Shown: positions 1 to 8,134 of the stretch, piece by piece
Layout: every line of letters begins with the position of its first letter
Position numbering within the stretch: position 1 is the first letter of the stretch
DNA from: an uncultured Actinomycetes bacterium
GTDB taxonomy: Bacteria; Actinomycetota; UBA4738; HRBIN12
Reading direction: 5' to 3'
DNA: 64,000 nt
Assembly (NCBI GenBank): GCA_964640085.1
Contig: CAZXFA010000005.1
Location: 46,438 to 110,437 of the forward strand
Made by a program: the position numbers and the translations under genes
Notes under the pieces: model-generated
What the model was told of the DNA's origin: nothing
What the model saw: the letters and a program-made list of their open reading frames with translations, nothing else
Database searches by the model: none

Positions 1-1
1 C

Positions 2-1186
2 GGCGGTCAGGCGGGGCTCTCGGTCGGCCACGAGCTGAGGCGGCGCGATGTCGACCACGTCATCCTCGAACGCGACCGGGTCGGCAGCATGTGGCGCGGG
101 CTCTGGGATGGCTTCTGCATCAACACACCGAACTGGAGCCTCAGGCTGCCGGATCACCCCTACGATGGCGAAGAGCCCGACGGCTTCCTGAGCCGAGAGG
201 GCATCGTCGCGTATCTCGAGGCGTATGCGGAGCGCGCCGCCGATACGGTCCGCGAGGGCGTCGAGGTCACCTCGGTGCGGCCGACAGATGATGGATTCGC
301 GCTCGCCACCTCCGACGGCCCGATGTCGGCCGGCGCGGTCGTCGTGTGCGCCGGGGCGTACCAGGCGCCGCACCGCCCGCCCGGGGCAGCCGAGCTGCCG
401 GCAGGCCTCTACGCGATCGATACGAGCTCGTACCGGAACCCATCGGCGCTGCCGAACGGGGCCGTCCTGGTCGTGGGGAACGGGCAGTCGGGTTGCCAGA
501 TCGCCGAGGAGCTCATCGAGGTCGGGCGTGAGGTGATCCTGTCGTGCGGCAGGGCGCCGTGGGCGCCGCGCAGGATCGGCGACCACGACGTCGTCTGGTG
601 GGCGATCGAGACCGGGTTCCTCGACGGGACCGTCGAGTCCCTCCCCTCTCCGGCTGGGCGCCTCGCCGCCAACGTCACCGCGAGCGGCGTGGCCGGCGGC
701 CACGATCTGCACGTCCGCTGGCTGCGTGCGAGGGGCGTGACCATCGTGGGACGGTTCCTCGGATGCGAGAACGGCCGGATCGACTTCGCCGACGATCTGG
801 CCGAGACGGTCGCCTGGTCGGATGCCCGCTACCTGGACTTCCGGGGGCTCGTCTCGAAGCTGTGTGAGGAACGCGGGATCGAGGATCCGGCGCTCCCCGA
901 TCCCGAACCGTTGTTCGCCGACGCACCGGCGTCGATCCGGACGGACCGGCTCGGCGCCGTGATCTTCTCGGGTGGGTTCCGCCCGAACTTCGGGAACTGG
1001 GTGGAGGTGCCCGACGGTTTCGACGACATGGGCTTCCCGATCCAGCGCGACGGTGCGAGCTCGGCGGCCCCGGGCCTGTTCTTCGCGGGCGTGCACTTCC
1101 TGCGGACGCGGAAGTCCTCGCTGCTGTGCGGGGTGGGCGACGACGCGGCGATCGTGGCCGCGGGCGTCCGGGCGCATCTGGGTTGA
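2..1186 (+). CDS. FAD/NAD(P)-binding oxidoreductase, flavin-monooxygenase-like; 5-prime end lies upstream of the window
   Basis: Frame is open from nt 2. Translation begins GGQAGLSVGHEL (GxGxxG dinucleotide fold) and has a second GNGQSGCQIAEEL motif. Strong G/C third-position bias. Track ORF 89..1186 is its 3-prime part. Confidence 0.85.
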   Translation, partial: GGQAGLSVGHELRRRDVDHVILERDRVGSMWRGLWDGFCINTPNWSLRLPDHPYDGEEPDGFLSREGIVAYLEAYAERAADTVREGVEVTSVRPTDDGFALATSDGPMSAGAVVVCAGAYQAPHRPPGAAELPAGLYAIDTSSYRNPSALPNGAVLVVGNGQSGCQIAEELIEVGREVILSCGRAPWAPRRIGDHDVVWWAIETGFLDGTVESLPSPAGRLAANVTASGVAGGHDLHVRWLRARGVTIVGRFLGCENGRIDFADDLAETVAWSDARYLDFRGLVSKLCEERGIEDPALPDPEPLFADAPASIRTDRLGAVIFSGGFRPNFGNWVEVPDGFDDMGFPIQRDGASSAAPGLFFAGVHFLRTRKSSLLCGVGDDAAIVAAGVRAHLG

Positions 1187-1618
1187 CGAGAGCCCCTCGG
1201 CGTCGACGTGTCTGGTCGAGAGCCGGGCGAACACGGGAGGGCCAGCCTGGGCAGTCCGGCAACTCGCGAGGTGCTGTTCGACGATGCCACCACCTCGCTT
1301 GGAGGGCTGAGACCCTACCCGAGAGGAGAGGCGGGCCGGAAGACTCCTGTCTCCGATGCGAGGGGCATGCTTGCAGCAAGCGTCGCCACCCTCAGATCGA
1401 GGTCGGGGCGGCGTAGCTCAACGGCATGTCCTTCACCGAGGACCGCAGCCACGTACCGGGCCGCCTTGTGGTGTGGGCCCTTCCAGCGGAACGTGAAGTC
1501 ATGGGAGCCGACGGAGAACAACAGCAGCTCGCTCATACGAACATGCCCCCGCGTACCGTTACGCAGTAGTTGTCGGCCCCGGCGCCTCCCGCCTTGAGCG
1601 GTGCCCAGCCCCGGTCCG

Positions 1619-2542
1619 TCAGCTCGGGACGGGAGGGGGCGGCGGCGCGAGCGGCGGCGCCATCGGCCGCATCTCGCTCGGCCCGGGGCGCCTGGCGACC
1701 CAGAGCGCCCCGAGCCCGACGACCGTTGCCACCAACCAGGCGAGTCCACCGAGGAACGGAACCAGGGCGAGGAGCCGGAAGATGCCCCATCCGATCAGGA
1801 ACGCGAGATACCGGGACGTGGGCTCGCTGACGATGAGCCGACCGAAGGCGAGCGTGCCGACCACGTACCCGATCGAGTACACGAGCGCGAGCGCGAGGAG
1901 GAGGAACAGCCCGAGCGGGATCCCCACGATCGTCACCAACAGCAGGCCAGCGACGATCGGGAGCAGGATGAACACCAGCAGGCCGAACCCGATCGTGGCC
2001 CCGAGGCGCGTTCGGAGCGCTCGGACGCTCGCCGGGTCGAGCCTGGGGACGAGGAGGAGCAGGATCAGCCCGAGCACGAGCGAGGACACCGTGTACGCGA
2101 GCCACCAGGCGAAACGACCGACGAACGTGACGTCGTAGAAGTCCCATCGGGTCGCGAGGTCGTCGACGCTGCCTCCCACGGTGGCCCCGTCCTCGATCTG
2201 CGGCTCCTCCAGGCTGATGACGTCTCCCCCCACCCGCGATCCCGAGCGCAGCACGACGGCACCGTTGAAGACGATCACGTCCTCGTCGACCGTGCCGGTG
2301 ATCTCGGTCCTCCCGTTGAACACGACGAGCGACTCGGAGACCATCCCGTCGATCACAGCATCGCCGTTGAAGATGACCGCGGTCTGCACGGTCTCCCCTC
2401 GAGGTACCAGGAGACTTCCGGTGATGACGATCTGGTCGTCGGTGGACAGGCTGGCGTCCTGCGCGGCGGCTCCGGGAGCGACGGTCAGGACGCCGAGGAA
2501 GAGGATCGCCGCGACGCCGATCGATCTTCCCAACCACCGCAT
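1619..2542 (-). CDS. Membrane-anchored bactofilin-like (polymer-forming cytoskeletal type) repeat protein
   Basis: Signal-like N-terminus MRWLGRSIGVAAILFLGVLTVAPGAAAQ. Repeated beta-helix-like units (VIFNGDAVIDG, VVFNGRTEITG, IVFNGAVVLRSG). C-terminal half has several hydrophobic spans. Start chosen at the internal ATG with the signal peptide. Confidence 0.75.
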   Translation of the reverse strand: MRWLGRSIGVAAILFLGVLTVAPGAAAQDASLSTDDQIVITGSLLVPRGETVQTAVIFNGDAVIDGMVSESLVVFNGRTEITGTVDEDVIVFNGAVVLRSGSRVGGDVISLEEPQIEDGATVGGSVDDLATRWDFYDVTFVGRFAWWLAYTVSSLVLGLILLLLVPRLDPASVRALRTRLGATIGFGLLVFILLPIVAGLLLVTIVGIPLGLFLLLALALVYSIGYVVGTLAFGRLIVSEPTSRYLAFLIGWGIFRLLALVPFLGGLAWLVATVVGLGALWVARRPGPSEMRPMAPPLAPPPPPVPS

Positions 2543-2613
2543 GCTGGCACTATCCACCCCACGCGGCACGACCGCAAACCGCCTGCGCGCTGGGCGCTTC
2601 CTCGGCGCTCTGC

Positions 2614-3207
2614 TCAGACCCGCTCGCTGGCCGGCATGCGGAGCTCCCTCGGAGATGCCAGCAGCTCCTCCTCAGGCGGGACCCGCCGCAGGTGCCAGAA
2701 CCCGAGGATCGTCAGGATCGCCATCACGCCAGCGAGCCCGAACGCGACGATGCCGGCGAGGAGCGCGATCTGGCCGAACTTCCAGAACGCGTAGGCGTCC
2801 AGCAGGACACCTCGGAGCATCGTTCCGCGGAAGAGCGTGTCCCTCTGTGCGGCTAGCTCCGCATCGTCCGGGTTCTCGCGGGCGAGCTCGCTCACCTCGG
2901 AGTACGTCTTCCCCTCGGCGACACCTTCGAGGTGAACGGCGATGAAGTGATCCGCGTACGCCGCCGCCTGCTCCCCGTTCACGAGCTGCTGGCCGGCGTA
3001 CTGGTTCAGGTACGGGCCGATCTGCGGGTCCGCGAGCGCTTCGCTCCCCTCCGGCGGGAAGAAGATCCTCTGTGCCGTGAGCCGGTCGTGGACGTTGCTG
3101 TCCGCGAACCGCCACGCCACCATCAGCAGCGACCCGGCGACGATCAGGACGATCGTGAGCATCAGGCCTCCCGCCGACATCAGCAGATCGAACGTACGAC
3201 GGCGCAT
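2614..3207 (-). CDS. Two-span membrane protein, function unknown
   Basis: N- and C-terminal hydrophobic helices flank a soluble domain. GGAAGGAGGGG Shine-Dalgarno just upstream of the ATG. Good codon bias. Confidence 0.75.
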   Translation of the reverse strand: MRRRTFDLLMSAGGLMLTIVLIVAGSLLMVAWRFADSNVHDRLTAQRIFFPPEGSEALADPQIGPYLNQYAGQQLVNGEQAAAYADHFIAVHLEGVAEGKTYSEVSELARENPDDAELAAQRDTLFRGTMLRGVLLDAYAFWKFGQIALLAGIVAFGLAGVMAILTILGFWHLRRVPPEEELLASPRELRMPASERV

Positions 3208-3366
3208 GACCCCTCCTTCCTCGCACGTCCGGGAGTCTCCTCCAGGACGCGGTGTATTTCATCGGACGCAAGGGTGACGTATCGGTGCACGCGCATCACA
3301 GGCCCTACGGCCCTCTTCCGCACGGGCCATCCGACCCAGCGCCGGGCAGGAGTAGGATCGCGGGTC

Positions 3367-3978
3367 ATGGATCTGAGCGCGTTCCTCCCGGTCGCCTTGG
3401 TCGTCGTGGTGACACCCGGACCAGACATGGCGCTCGTCGCCAGGAACACCCTGACCGGGGGTCGCGTCTGCGGCCTCGCGACCTCGGCCGGGACGTGCTC
3501 GGGCCTGCTCGTGCACGGATTCGCCGCGACGCTCGGCCTGTCCGCGTTGCTCCTAGCGTCCTCGCGCGCCTTCACCGTCGTCAGGCTCGCCGGGGCCGCG
3601 TACCTCGTGTTCCTGGGTCTGCGCACCCTGGTTCGCGCGGGCCGCGACGAGGCAGCGGAGGCCGGAGTCGCGGTCGCCCGTCCCTGGTCCGCCTATTGCC
3701 AGGGCGTGACGACGAACGTGCTCAACCCGAAGGTGGCCCTGTTCTTCGTTTCGCTGCTCCCGCAGTTCATCGAGGCCGGGGACGGGTTCGTCTGGAGGCT
3801 GGTCGCGCTCGCCGGCCTGTTCATCGCGATGGGCCTGGTGTGGCTGACCGTCTACACGCTGCTGCTGCACGCCGTCGGGAGCTTCCTCCGCCGCGGAGCC
3901 GTTCGACGATCGATCGAGCGCGTCACCGGCGCCCTGTTGGTCGGCCTGGGCGTTCGCTTGGCCGTCGAGCGCACCTGA
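3367..3978 (+). CDS. LysE/RhtB-family amino-acid exporter
   Basis: About 203 aa with MDLSAFLPVALVVVVTPGPDMALV and NPKVALFFVSLLPQF signatures typical of LysE translocators. The upstream part of track ORF 2932..3978 is non-coding-like. Confidence 0.85.
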   Translation: MDLSAFLPVALVVVVTPGPDMALVARNTLTGGRVCGLATSAGTCSGLLVHGFAATLGLSALLLASSRAFTVVRLAGAAYLVFLGLRTLVRAGRDEAAEAGVAVARPWSAYCQGVTTNVLNPKVALFFVSLLPQFIEAGDGFVWRLVALAGLFIAMGLVWLTVYTLLLHAVGSFLRRGAVRRSIERVTGALLVGLGVRLAVERT

Positions 3979-4018
3979 GGTCGAGGGAGGACGAGCGCGC
4001 CCGGGGAAGATGCAGCAG

Positions 4019-4369
4019 CTAGCCCTTCCTCATCTTCGCCCGGGCCTTGACGATCGTCCGGATCGTGAGCAGGAGGAAGACGGCGACGATCTGGCCGCCT
4101 AACACGATCCGGTTGAGGTCGACCGCGGGCCGCCAGGTCACCTCGTCTCCCCGGATGAGGAACGCCCCGACCGGTCGGGCGCTCATGCCGAACCCACTCC
4201 CGGACCCTCGGCCCTGTCCCCCCGGGCCCTCGCCACCCCCTCCGCCGGCGCCGCCTCGGACCCTGGCGACGGGGATCATCGTGGTGCCGTTCCTCTCGTA
4301 GGGCTCCCCGAAGACCCGTTTCACCGTGAGCGCATCGCGGGCTTGCGCGATGACGTCCTGGACCTCCAT
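4019..4369 (-). CDS. GerW/YtfJ-family protein with Gly-rich linker and C-terminal membrane anchor
   Basis: VKRVFGEPYERNGTTMIPVARV...RPVGAFLIRGDEVTWRPAVD pattern. GGAAGGAGGGAG Shine-Dalgarno before ATG 4369. Confidence 0.7.
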   Translation of the reverse strand: MEVQDVIAQARDALTVKRVFGEPYERNGTTMIPVARVRGGAGGGGGEGPGGQGRGSGSGFGMSARPVGAFLIRGDEVTWRPAVDLNRIVLGGQIVAVFLLLTIRTIVKARAKMRKG

Positions 4370-4463
4370 AGCTCCCTCCTTCCCCTCCCCCATCACAGCA
4401 CGTTCCGGTTCGAGGCGTGATAGGACGCCGGACCAGCGCCATCCGGGACGACGAACCGCCGCC

Positions 4464-4679
4464 TCAGCGATCCTCGCGCACGATCCGGACGACCACCTCG
4501 GCCGCGGGAGCCCGACCGGAGCGCTTCGAGACCAGGCGCCGGACGAGGAGGGCCACGATCCCCGCCGCGATCAGGGATCCGATCAGGGTCTTGGCGGAAC
4601 GGACCGGGCCGGGCAGGCGTTCCTCGAGCTCGCGGAGATCCAGCTCGAGCTGCCGCCGGACCTCGTCGATCTCGGTCAC
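4464..4679 (-). CDS. DUF3618-like small protein with C-terminal TM helix
   Basis: VTEIDEVRRQLELDLRELEERL coiled segment then LIGSLIAAGIVALLV. GTG start overlaps the upstream stop as GTGA. Alternative ATG at 4703. Confidence 0.6.
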   Translation of the reverse strand: MTEIDEVRRQLELDLRELEERLPGPVRSAKTLIGSLIAAGIVALLVRRLVSKRSGRAPAAEVVVRIVREDR

Positions 4680-5140
4680 CTTGCGAGCTGCTGCTTGGCC
4701 CATCGGGCGTCCTCCTTCAGCGTCTCCTGCGTCTTCTCCGGCGCGGTGGGTGCGGTACGCATGGCTCGGCGACCGCCGAGCACGAGCCCGCCGGCGATCA
4801 CGCCGAACACGCCGGCTACGATCAGGTTTGCGGCCCACCTCGGCAGCACCAGGTCGAGGGCTGCCGACCCCGAGGCCGCGATGAAGATCAGGGCGAAAAG
4901 CCCCATCAACGCGGCGGCCGCCATCATGCCGCCACCCTTCGCTCGGGCCGAGACGGCTTCGGTCATCTCGATCCTGGCGAGCTCCACGTGCTTGCGCACC
5001 AGGATGCGGGTGCCGTCGATCGCGGAGGCGATCACTGCGCCGAGCGGCCGTTTGGATCCGGGCGGCCGCGACCCGGCCTCGCGCGCGCCATCGGAGGCGC
5101 TCGGACCCGCGCCTCCGTTCCCTCCGATCCGATCGTTCAT
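4676..5140 (-). CDS. Holin-X / DUF1469-type membrane protein
   Basis: Two central TM helices (GGGMMAAAALMGLFALIFIAASG; WAANLIVAGVFGVIAGGLVLGG), a family pattern common in actinobacteria. GGGAGG Shine-Dalgarno 8 nt before ATG 5140. Confidence 0.7.
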   Translation of the reverse strand: MNDRIGGNGGAGPSASDGAREAGSRPPGSKRPLGAVIASAIDGTRILVRKHVELARIEMTEAVSARAKGGGMMAAAALMGLFALIFIAASGSAALDLVLPRWAANLIVAGVFGVIAGGLVLGGRRAMRTAPTAPEKTQETLKEDARWAKQQLAR

Positions 5141-5352
5141 GGCCCGAACCTCCCTTCGCACGATGAGGTGACCACCCGAACCTATCGCAGCGCCCCCTTC
5201 ATCCGCTGGCGGTCGGCCGTAGCCGGATCGCGAACCGGGACCCCTGGCCTAACGCGGGGAGCCCACGCTCCTGGTCTCGTGGGACCTTCGACCCTAGTGA
5301 CGCGGCGTCCCCATGTGTCCCATGGGGACAGACGTCGGAGAAGGAGACAGCG

Positions 5353-5640
5353 ATGACGCAAGGCGATCCTGCGCTCGAGACGGCGAAGAAGCACGCGAAG
5401 CGCGTTCGCGACTTCGCCTACCACCTGATGACCTTCCTCTTCGTGAGCGCGCTCCTCGTCATCATCGATCGGCGCGGCGCCGCCGGCGAGGACGCCATCC
5501 TCGGCCTCGACTGGGCCTACTCGGTGATCCTGTTCTGGGGTCTCGGCGTCGTGGGGCACGCGATCTCGGTGTTCCTCGGAAACTCGCGGATCGAGCGGAG
5601 GTACGGCGCCGGGGAGGCTGAGGGTCTTGGGCGCCGCTGA
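5353..5640 (+). CDS. 2TM-domain small membrane protein
   Basis: 95 aa with two hydrophobic helices (HLMTFLFVSALLVIID; WAYSVILFWGLGVVGHAISVFL). Good codon bias. Confidence 0.7.
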   Translation: MTQGDPALETAKKHAKRVRDFAYHLMTFLFVSALLVIIDRRGAAGEDAILGLDWAYSVILFWGLGVVGHAISVFLGNSRIERRYGAGEAEGLGRR

Positions 5641-6673
5641 GGGCGGGGGGCGGCGCGGTTCGGCCGTGAAGCACCGTCGGATCGTCGTATCTCGCCGCGG
5701 TGGCCCGGACGTGCTGCGGGTGGTGGAGGAGGAGCTCCCCCGACCGAAAGCCGACGAGGTCCGCGTGAGGGTCCAGGCGGCCGGGGTCTCCGGCCTGGAC
5801 CCGATGGTACGCGCCCATCGATTCCCGGGGTTCCCACGCGTCCCGTTCACGCCGGGCGTCGATGTCGTCGGCGTGGTGGACGCGGTGGGCGAGGGTGTGT
5901 CGACCGTGGAGGTCGGGCAGACCGTCGCGGCCCTGCTCGGCCAGCAGGGCGGCTATGCCGAGCACGTGTGCGTGCCCGCGGATCGTGCGGTGCCCGTCCC
6001 GAACGGCGTGGACCCCGCGCAGGCCGTCTGCGTGGTGGCGAACTACCTCACGGCTTCCGCGATGCTCCAACGGGCAGCCCAGGTGGCGAGCGGGGATCGC
6101 GTCCTGATCCAGGGCGCGGCCGGCGGCGTGGGCACCGCGCTCCTCGAGCTCGGAAGGATGGACGGGCTGGCGATGTACGGCACGGCGTCGCGACACAACC
6201 ACGACCTCGTGTCCGCGCTCGGGGCGACGCCGATCGACTACCGGACCGAGGACGTCGTCGAGCGTATCCGGGAGCTCACCGGCGATGGGGTGGACGCCGT
6301 ATTCGACCCCATCGGCGGCGCCCGGCAGATGTGGCGCTCGTACCGGACGCTCCGCAGGGGGGGCCGGCTCGTGTGGTTCGGAGTGGCCGCCGCGTCCAGG
6401 AACGGGGTGGGGGTCATCCCGCTCAGCCTGCTGACGCGCCTGGCCCTGTCGCTCATCCCAGACGGCAGGAAGGCTCCGATGCCACCGGCCGCCGACGAGC
6501 CCAGGAGCTGGTACCGCGAGACGCTGATCGAGCTCCTCGAGCTGGTGGCGGTGGGCAAGATCGAGCCGATCGTGGCGGAGCGCATCCCGTTGGCCGAAGC
6601 GGCTCGCGCCCACGAGCTCCTCGGGCGTGGCGGGCACGCGGGCAAGGTGGTCCTCATCACCGACGCCGGCTGA
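5627..6673 (+). CDS. Medium-chain (zinc-type fold) NADPH:quinone oxidoreductase family protein
   Basis: GGPDVL...PGVDVVGVVDAVGEGV...GDRVLIQGAAGGVGTALLEL...GHAGKVVL motifs. Start is uncertain: TTG 5627 or GTG 5666. Confidence 0.85.
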   Translation: MGAAEGGGRRGSAVKHRRIVVSRRGGPDVLRVVEEELPRPKADEVRVRVQAAGVSGLDPMVRAHRFPGFPRVPFTPGVDVVGVVDAVGEGVSTVEVGQTVAALLGQQGGYAEHVCVPADRAVPVPNGVDPAQAVCVVANYLTASAMLQRAAQVASGDRVLIQGAAGGVGTALLELGRMDGLAMYGTASRHNHDLVSALGATPIDYRTEDVVERIRELTGDGVDAVFDPIGGARQMWRSYRTLRRGGRLVWFGVAAASRNGVGVIPLSLLTRLALSLIPDGRKAPMPPAADEPRSWYRETLIELLELVAVGKIEPIVAERIPLAEAARAHELLGRGGHAGKVVLITDAG

Positions 6674-6942
6674 GACCAGCGTCGTGGCCGGGATCTGGGA
6701 ACGCCACAGCGCTAGACCCAGATCAGCGCGACCGACGCCACCAGGAGAGCGGCGGGAGCGATGCTCACGGCGAGACGCTTCCGTTCGTCCTCGACGATCC
6801 GGCCGAGCGCGGCCCCGCCCGCCGCCCAGATAGACGACGACGGTCGCGATGTGGCTGGTCTCGACCGGATCCCACCCGATGGGCGGGGGCCGCGGGGCTC
6901 CGGCCCGGCCGGCGCCGCGGCCTGAGAACACATCCGGCGTCC

Positions 6943-7047
6943 CTACCGCTCGCGGTGCTCCTTGTTCATGTGGCGATCGAGCTCATCTTGATCCGAGGCT
7001 CGCTTCCCACAGTTCGGGCACTTGAGGCCCTCGTCCTTCTCATCCAT
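6943..7047 (-). CDS. 34-aa mini-protein with classical C2H2 zinc-finger spacing
   Basis: Hand-translated as MDEKDEGLKCPNCGKRASDQDELDRHMNKEHRER, i.e. C-x2-C-x12-H-x4-H. Below the ORF-track length cutoff. Same strand as the neighbouring genes. Confidence 0.4.
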   Translation of the reverse strand: MDEKDEGLKCPNCGKRASDQDELDRHMNKEHRER

Positions 7048-7137
7048 CCGGGACACCTCCTCGATGTGCCTTCCAAGGCTCCGATGTGCCTTCCATGGCT
7101 TCCTACTCGCGACGGGGATCGCTCACCCCCCGATCGA

Positions 7138-7815
7138 TCACACCGCCTCTTCGAGATCCTCCTTCCGCACCGTCCCCACGAGCCGGCCGTCCGAGGTGGT
7201 GACCAGCGCGGTCTGAAGATCGTGGCGTTCCATGAACCGGAGCATCTCGCGGGCCGTCACGTTCGGTCGGAACGTGCTGGGACCCGATGTCATCGCCTGT
7301 TCGATCGGCGCACCCGGATCGGCGTCCTCGAGATCCGACGCGTACGCCCGGCCGAGCACGACCTGGTCCCCGCTCACGACGACCGCCGTGGTCCACCCAT
7401 CCTCTTCCAGACGGTCGCGGACGCCCTCGACGGTGTCGGAGAGCCCGGCGGTGGGGACGCCGCTCTGGGCGAGGCCCCCGAGACGCGGCTTCTCGGCCTC
7501 ACGCCCTTCCATCGGGAGCCCCATCGCCGCCCAATCCGCCTTGCCGGCCGCGTAGTCCGACACATCGGTGAAGCCGAGCGCTTCGAGCCGCCACGCGGCT
7601 CGTGGGCTCATGTCTCACTGGTGGTCGTAGCAGTAGACGACCACCGGCCGGGATCGGTCCAACTCGGAGGCCGCCCGATCGATCCCGTCCAGGGGGACGT
7701 TGACCGCACCTGGCAGATGCTCCTCCTCGTACTCCTGCGCGGGGAGCACCTCGACCAGGGTGGCCCCCGCCTCGGCCAGCGCTCGGACCTCCTCTCGGTC
7801 AACGACGTTCGGCAT
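7138..7815 (-). CDS. Rhodanese domain + tandem CBS protein interrupted by one in-frame TGA (7615-7617): selenoprotein candidate or pseudogene
   Basis: Track ORFs 7615..7815 and 7138..7611 share a frame. The rhodanese fold spans the stop (VVVYCYDHQ-TGA-DMSPRAAWRLEALGF...GKADWAAMGLP). Two CBS repeats lie C-terminal. Confidence 0.7.
7585..7609 (-). promoter_or_regulatory. Hairpin immediately 3-prime of the in-frame UGA (SECIS-like position)
   Basis: RNA GAGCCCACGAGCCGCGUGGCGGCUC forms GAGC/GCUC plus CCACG/CGUGG (9 bp, 2-nt bulge, loop AGCCG), beginning 6 nt after UGA. GC-rich context makes chance hairpins common. Confidence 0.3.
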
Positions 7816-7869
7816 GGTTCACCTCCGACATCCGCGTTCGGCCGGTCCCGCACACCGCCGGTGAAGGGC

Positions 7870-8079
7870 TCATCCCCCGTGCTCGTGGAGGACGGGGACC
7901 GACTCGCGGAGGACGAGGCGCACGTCGCGGGCGCAGAGCGCCTCGCGGCAGTCCTCGCGCTCGCAGAACGCGCAGGCGACGAGCAGGGCCCCGCAGGTGT
8001 TGCAGGTCAGCTCCATCGATGTGAGGTGTTCCCCCTCCGGGCGGGGGTCAAACCGCGGCCGGGCCTCGTGCTCGCCCAC
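7870..8079 (-). CDS. Small Cys-rich protein (6 Cys in the last 48 aa)
   Basis: MELTCNTCGALLVACAFCEREDCREALCARDVRLVLRESVPVLHEHGG, with almost every third codon position G/C. Start is either GTG 8079 or ATG 8016. Confidence 0.45.
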   Translation of the reverse strand: MGEHEARPRFDPRPEGEHLTSMELTCNTCGALLVACAFCEREDCREALCARDVRLVLRESVPVLHEHGG

Positions 8080-8134
8080 CGACGCAGCCGAACCGGCCGA
8101 TCATCAGGCCCGGGGCAGGCCCAGCATCGGTCGG

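Noticed and set aside
1315-1536. 73-codon minus-strand ORF: MSELLLFSVGSHDFTFRWKGPHHKAARYVAAVLGEGHAVE...
   Set aside because: Codon bias is good for about 30 codons and then decays, and I recognise no family. It may be a gene remnant, but there is not enough support to call it.
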